This document shows positions 60,851-64,000 of a DNA stretch of 64,000 bases, in pieces. Position 1 is the stretch's first letter. Every line of letters starts with the position of its first letter. Source of the stretch: Mobula hypostoma (lineage: Eukaryota); assembly GCF_963921235.1 (NCBI RefSeq), contig NC_086099.1, positions 128,402,001 to 128,466,000 of the forward strand. Reading direction: 5' to 3'. The translations under genes were made by a program, and so were the position numbers. The notes beneath the pieces are model-generated. The model was not told where the DNA came from, did no database searches, and saw only the letters and a list, made by a program, of their open reading frames with translations.

Positions 60851-63734
60851 GTGGAAGAAATGCATGGAGTAAAGCCAGATATAATATATAAAGAGGCTTT
60901 AAGGAAAGAGAGGCAGAATAAAGGGTGTAAAGGTAGGAAGGTAGAAGGGCTAAAGTGTGTGTACTTCAATGCAAGAAGCATCAGGAACAAAGGTGATGAA
61001 CTGAGAGCTTGGATACATACATGGAATTATGATGTAGTGGCCATTACAAAGACTTGGCTGGCACCAGGGCAGGAATGGATTCTCAATATTCCTGGATTTC
61101 AGTGCTTTAAAAGGGATAGAGAGGGGAGGAAAAGGGGAGGAGAGTTGACATTACTGGTCAGGGATACTATTACAGCTACAGAAAGGGTGGGTAATGTAAC
61201 AGGATCCTCCTTTGAGTCAGTATGGGTGGAAGTCAGGAACAGGAAGGGAGCAGTTACTCTATTGGGAGTATTCTATAGGCCCCCTGGTAGCAGCAGAGAT
61301 ACCGAGGAGCAGATTGGGAGGCAGATTTTAGAAAGGTGCAAAAATAACAGGGTTGTTATCATGGGTGACTTTAACTTCCCTAATATTGAATGGCACCTGA
61401 TTTGTTCCAATGGTTTAGACGGAGCAGAATTTGTTAAGTGTGTTTAGGATGGATTCCTGTCACAGTATGTGGACAGGCCGACTAGGGGGAATGCCATACT
61501 AGATCTAGTATTAGGTAATGAACCGGGTCAGGTCACAGATCTGTCAGTGGGTGAACACCGGGGGGACAGTGAGCACCGCTCCCTGGCCTTTAATATTATC
61601 ATGGAAAAGGATAGAATCAGAGAGGACAGGAAAACTTTTAATTGGAGAAGGGAGAATTATGAGGCTATAAGGCTAGAACTTGCGGGTGTGAATTGGGATG
61701 ATGTTTTTACAGGTACTATGGACATGTGGTCGATGTTTAGAGATCTCTTGCAGGATATTAGGGATAAATTTGTCCCGGTGAGGAAGATAAAGAATGGTAG
61801 GGTGAAGGAACCATGGGTGACAAGAGAGGTGGAAAATGTAGTCAGGTGGAAGAAGGCAGCATACATGAGGTTTAGGAAGCAAGGATCAGATGGGTCTATT
61901 GAGGAATATAGGGAAGCAAGAAAGGAGCTTAAGAAGGGGCTGAGGAGAGCAAGAAGGGGGCATGAGGAGGCCTTGGCAAGAAGTGTAAAGGAAAAGCCCC
62001 AAGGCATTCTTCAATTACGTGAAGAACAAAAGGATGACAAGACTGAAGGTAGGACCGATTAGAGATAAAGGTGGGAAGAGATGCCTGGATGTGTGGAAGT
62101 GAGAGAGGTTCTCAATGACTACTTCTGTTCGGTATTCACCAATGAGAGGGAACTTGATGATGGTGAGGACAATATGAGTGAGGTTGATGTTCTGGAGCAT
62201 GTTGATATTAAGGGAGAGGAGGTGTTGGAGTTGTTAAAATACATTAGGACGGATAAGTCCCTGGGGCCTCATGGAATATTCCCCAGGCTGCTTCTCGAGG
62301 TGAGGAAAGAGATTGCTGAGCCTCTGGCTAGGATCTTTATGTCCTCGTTGTCCAATGGAATGAGACCGGTGGATTGGAGGGAGGCGATGTTGTCTCCTTG
62401 TTCAAAAAAGGTAATAGGGATAGTCCGGGTAATTATAGACCAGTGAGCCTTACGTCTGTGGTGGGAAAGCTGTTGGAAAAGATTCTTAGAGCTAGGATCT
62501 CTGGGCATTTAGAGAATCATGGTCTGATCAGGGACAGTCAGCATGGCTTTGTGAAGAGCAGATTGTGTCTAACAAACCTGATAGAGTTCTTTGAGAAGGT
62601 GACCAGGCATATAGATGAGGGTAGTGCAGTGGATGTGATCTACATGGATTTTAGTAAGGCATTTGACAAGGTTCCACATGGTAAGCTTATTCAGAACGTC
62701 AGAAGGCATAGGATCCAGGGAAGTTTGGCCGGGTGGATTGAGAATTGGCTTGCCTGCAGAAAGCAGAGGGTTGTGGTGGAGGGAGTATATTAGGATTGGA
62801 GGGTTGTGACTAGTGGTTTCCCACAAGGATCGGTTCTGGGACCTCTACTTTTTGTCATTTTTATTAATGACCTGGATGTGGGGGTAGAAGGGTGGGTTGG
62901 CAAGTTTGCAGACAACACAAAGGTTGGTGGTGTTGTGGGTAGTGTAGAGGATTGTCGAAGATTGCAGAGAGACAGTGATAGGATGCAGAAGAGGGCTGAG
63001 AAGTGGCAGATGGAATTCAACCCGGAGAAGTGTGATGTTGTACACTTTGGAAGAACAAATTCCAAGTCAGAGTACAAAGTAAATGGCAGGGTACTTGGTA
63101 GTGTGGATGAGCAGAGGGATCTGGGGGTACATGTCCACAGATCCCTGAAAGTTGCCTCACGGGTGGATAGGGTAGTTAAGAAAGCCTATGGGATGTTAGC
63201 TTTCATAAGTCGAGGGATAGAGTTTAAGAGCCGCGAGGTAAGGATGCAGCTCTATAAAACTCTGGTTAGGCCACACTTGGAGTACTGTGTCCAGTTCTGG
63301 TCACCTCACTATAGGAAGGATGTGGAAGCACTGGAAAGGGTACAGAGGAGATTTACCTGGATGCTGCCTGGTTTAGAAAGTATTCATTATGATCAGAGAT
63401 TAAGGGAGCTAGGGCTTTACTCTCTAGAGAGAAGGAAGATGAGAGGAGACATGATCGAGGTTTACAAGGTATTAAGAGGGATAGATAGAGTGGACAGCCA
63501 GCGCGTCTTCCCTGGGGCACCACTGCTCAGTAAAAGAGGACATGGCTTTAAGGTAAGGGGTGGGAAGTTCAAGGGGGAATTTGAGGAAGGTTTTTTACTC
63601 AGAGAGTGGTTGGTGTGTGGAATGCACTGCCTGAGTCAGTGGTGGAGGCAGATACACTGGTGAAATTTAAGAGACTACTAGACAGGTATATGGAGGAATT
63701 TAAAGTGGGGGGGTTATATGGGAGACAGGGTTTG
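60851..63734 (+). pseudogene. CR1 ORF2 (APE endonuclease + RT), disrupted
   Basis: YFNARSIRNK, GVFYRPP, MGDFNFP, LDLVL, YMDFSKAFDKV, PQGSVLGP, KFADNTK; several stops and frameshifts. Confidence 0.93.
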
Positions 63735-64000
63735 AGGGTCAGCACAACATTGTGACTGAAGGGCCTGTGCTGTGCTGTACTATTCTATGTTCTATGTTTA
63801 AACTGAAACTGTAGGCAGAGAGCTTCTTTCCTCCCTCGTGGAATGTCTCCCTGAACTTCACCATGAGATCAGCTAAACTTTCAGTTGTGCCAAAAGCATT
63901 TTCCAGAGCCTGCATATATTTAGCTGATGTGACTAAAGGATATTCTGCTTTTAGGAACTTCTCTACGTCAGCAGCAGTTCTCATTAAACTCTCTACAAGT

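Larger units (their letters stand above)
59309..63798 (+). mobile_element. Full-length CR1 LINE (4.5 kb), decayed
   Basis: TSD TAAAC at 59304-59308 and 63799-63803; 5' UTR, ORF1, ORF2 and (TTCTATG)n tail all present. Confidence 0.95.
58880..64000 (-). pseudogene. PNMA-like Gypsy gag remnant split by the full-length CR1 (pieces 63799-64000 and ~58880-59308)
   Basis: YMQALENAFGTTES..L..KFRETFHEGGKKLSAYSFSL|EKQL...RVKQVMKG...PPSFTELL*EVREEE is the capsid signature of PNMA/Gypsy gag. It carries TGA stops and a frameshift at ~59275. Confidence 0.85.

Overview
Vertebrate nuclear DNA. The repeat families (HER1-type CR1, HE1/V-SINE, SacSINE1-like, Penelope pLTR repeats) suggest a cartilaginous fish, probably a ray; this is an inference. 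The only recognisable host coding sequence is exon 1 of TRIM33 (TIF1-gamma; minus strand, 29056-28420, RING domain, phase-1 GT donor) in a CpG-island promoter. Everything to its left is intron 1 (>28 kb), and everything to its right is upstream/intergenic. The rest is layered transposable elements: two near-identical young CR1s, a full-length CR1 inserted into a PNMA-like Gypsy gag, an L1/Tx1-type LINE, a HERO-like RLE LINE, RTE derivatives, solo LTRs, Tigger/Tc1/hAT elements and about a dozen Penelope-derived repeats. Highlights: (1) minimal hammerhead ribozyme motifs in the Penelope repeats, one with an intact core lying sense inside the TRIM33 pre-mRNA; (2) a CR1 whose 5' UTR is built of ~214-bp TATA/Inr-bearing tandem monomers; (3) a LINE flanked by a ~226-bp target-site duplication; (4) a candidate poison exon in TRIM33 intron 1. 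Boundaries of old repeats are approximate and were read by eye.
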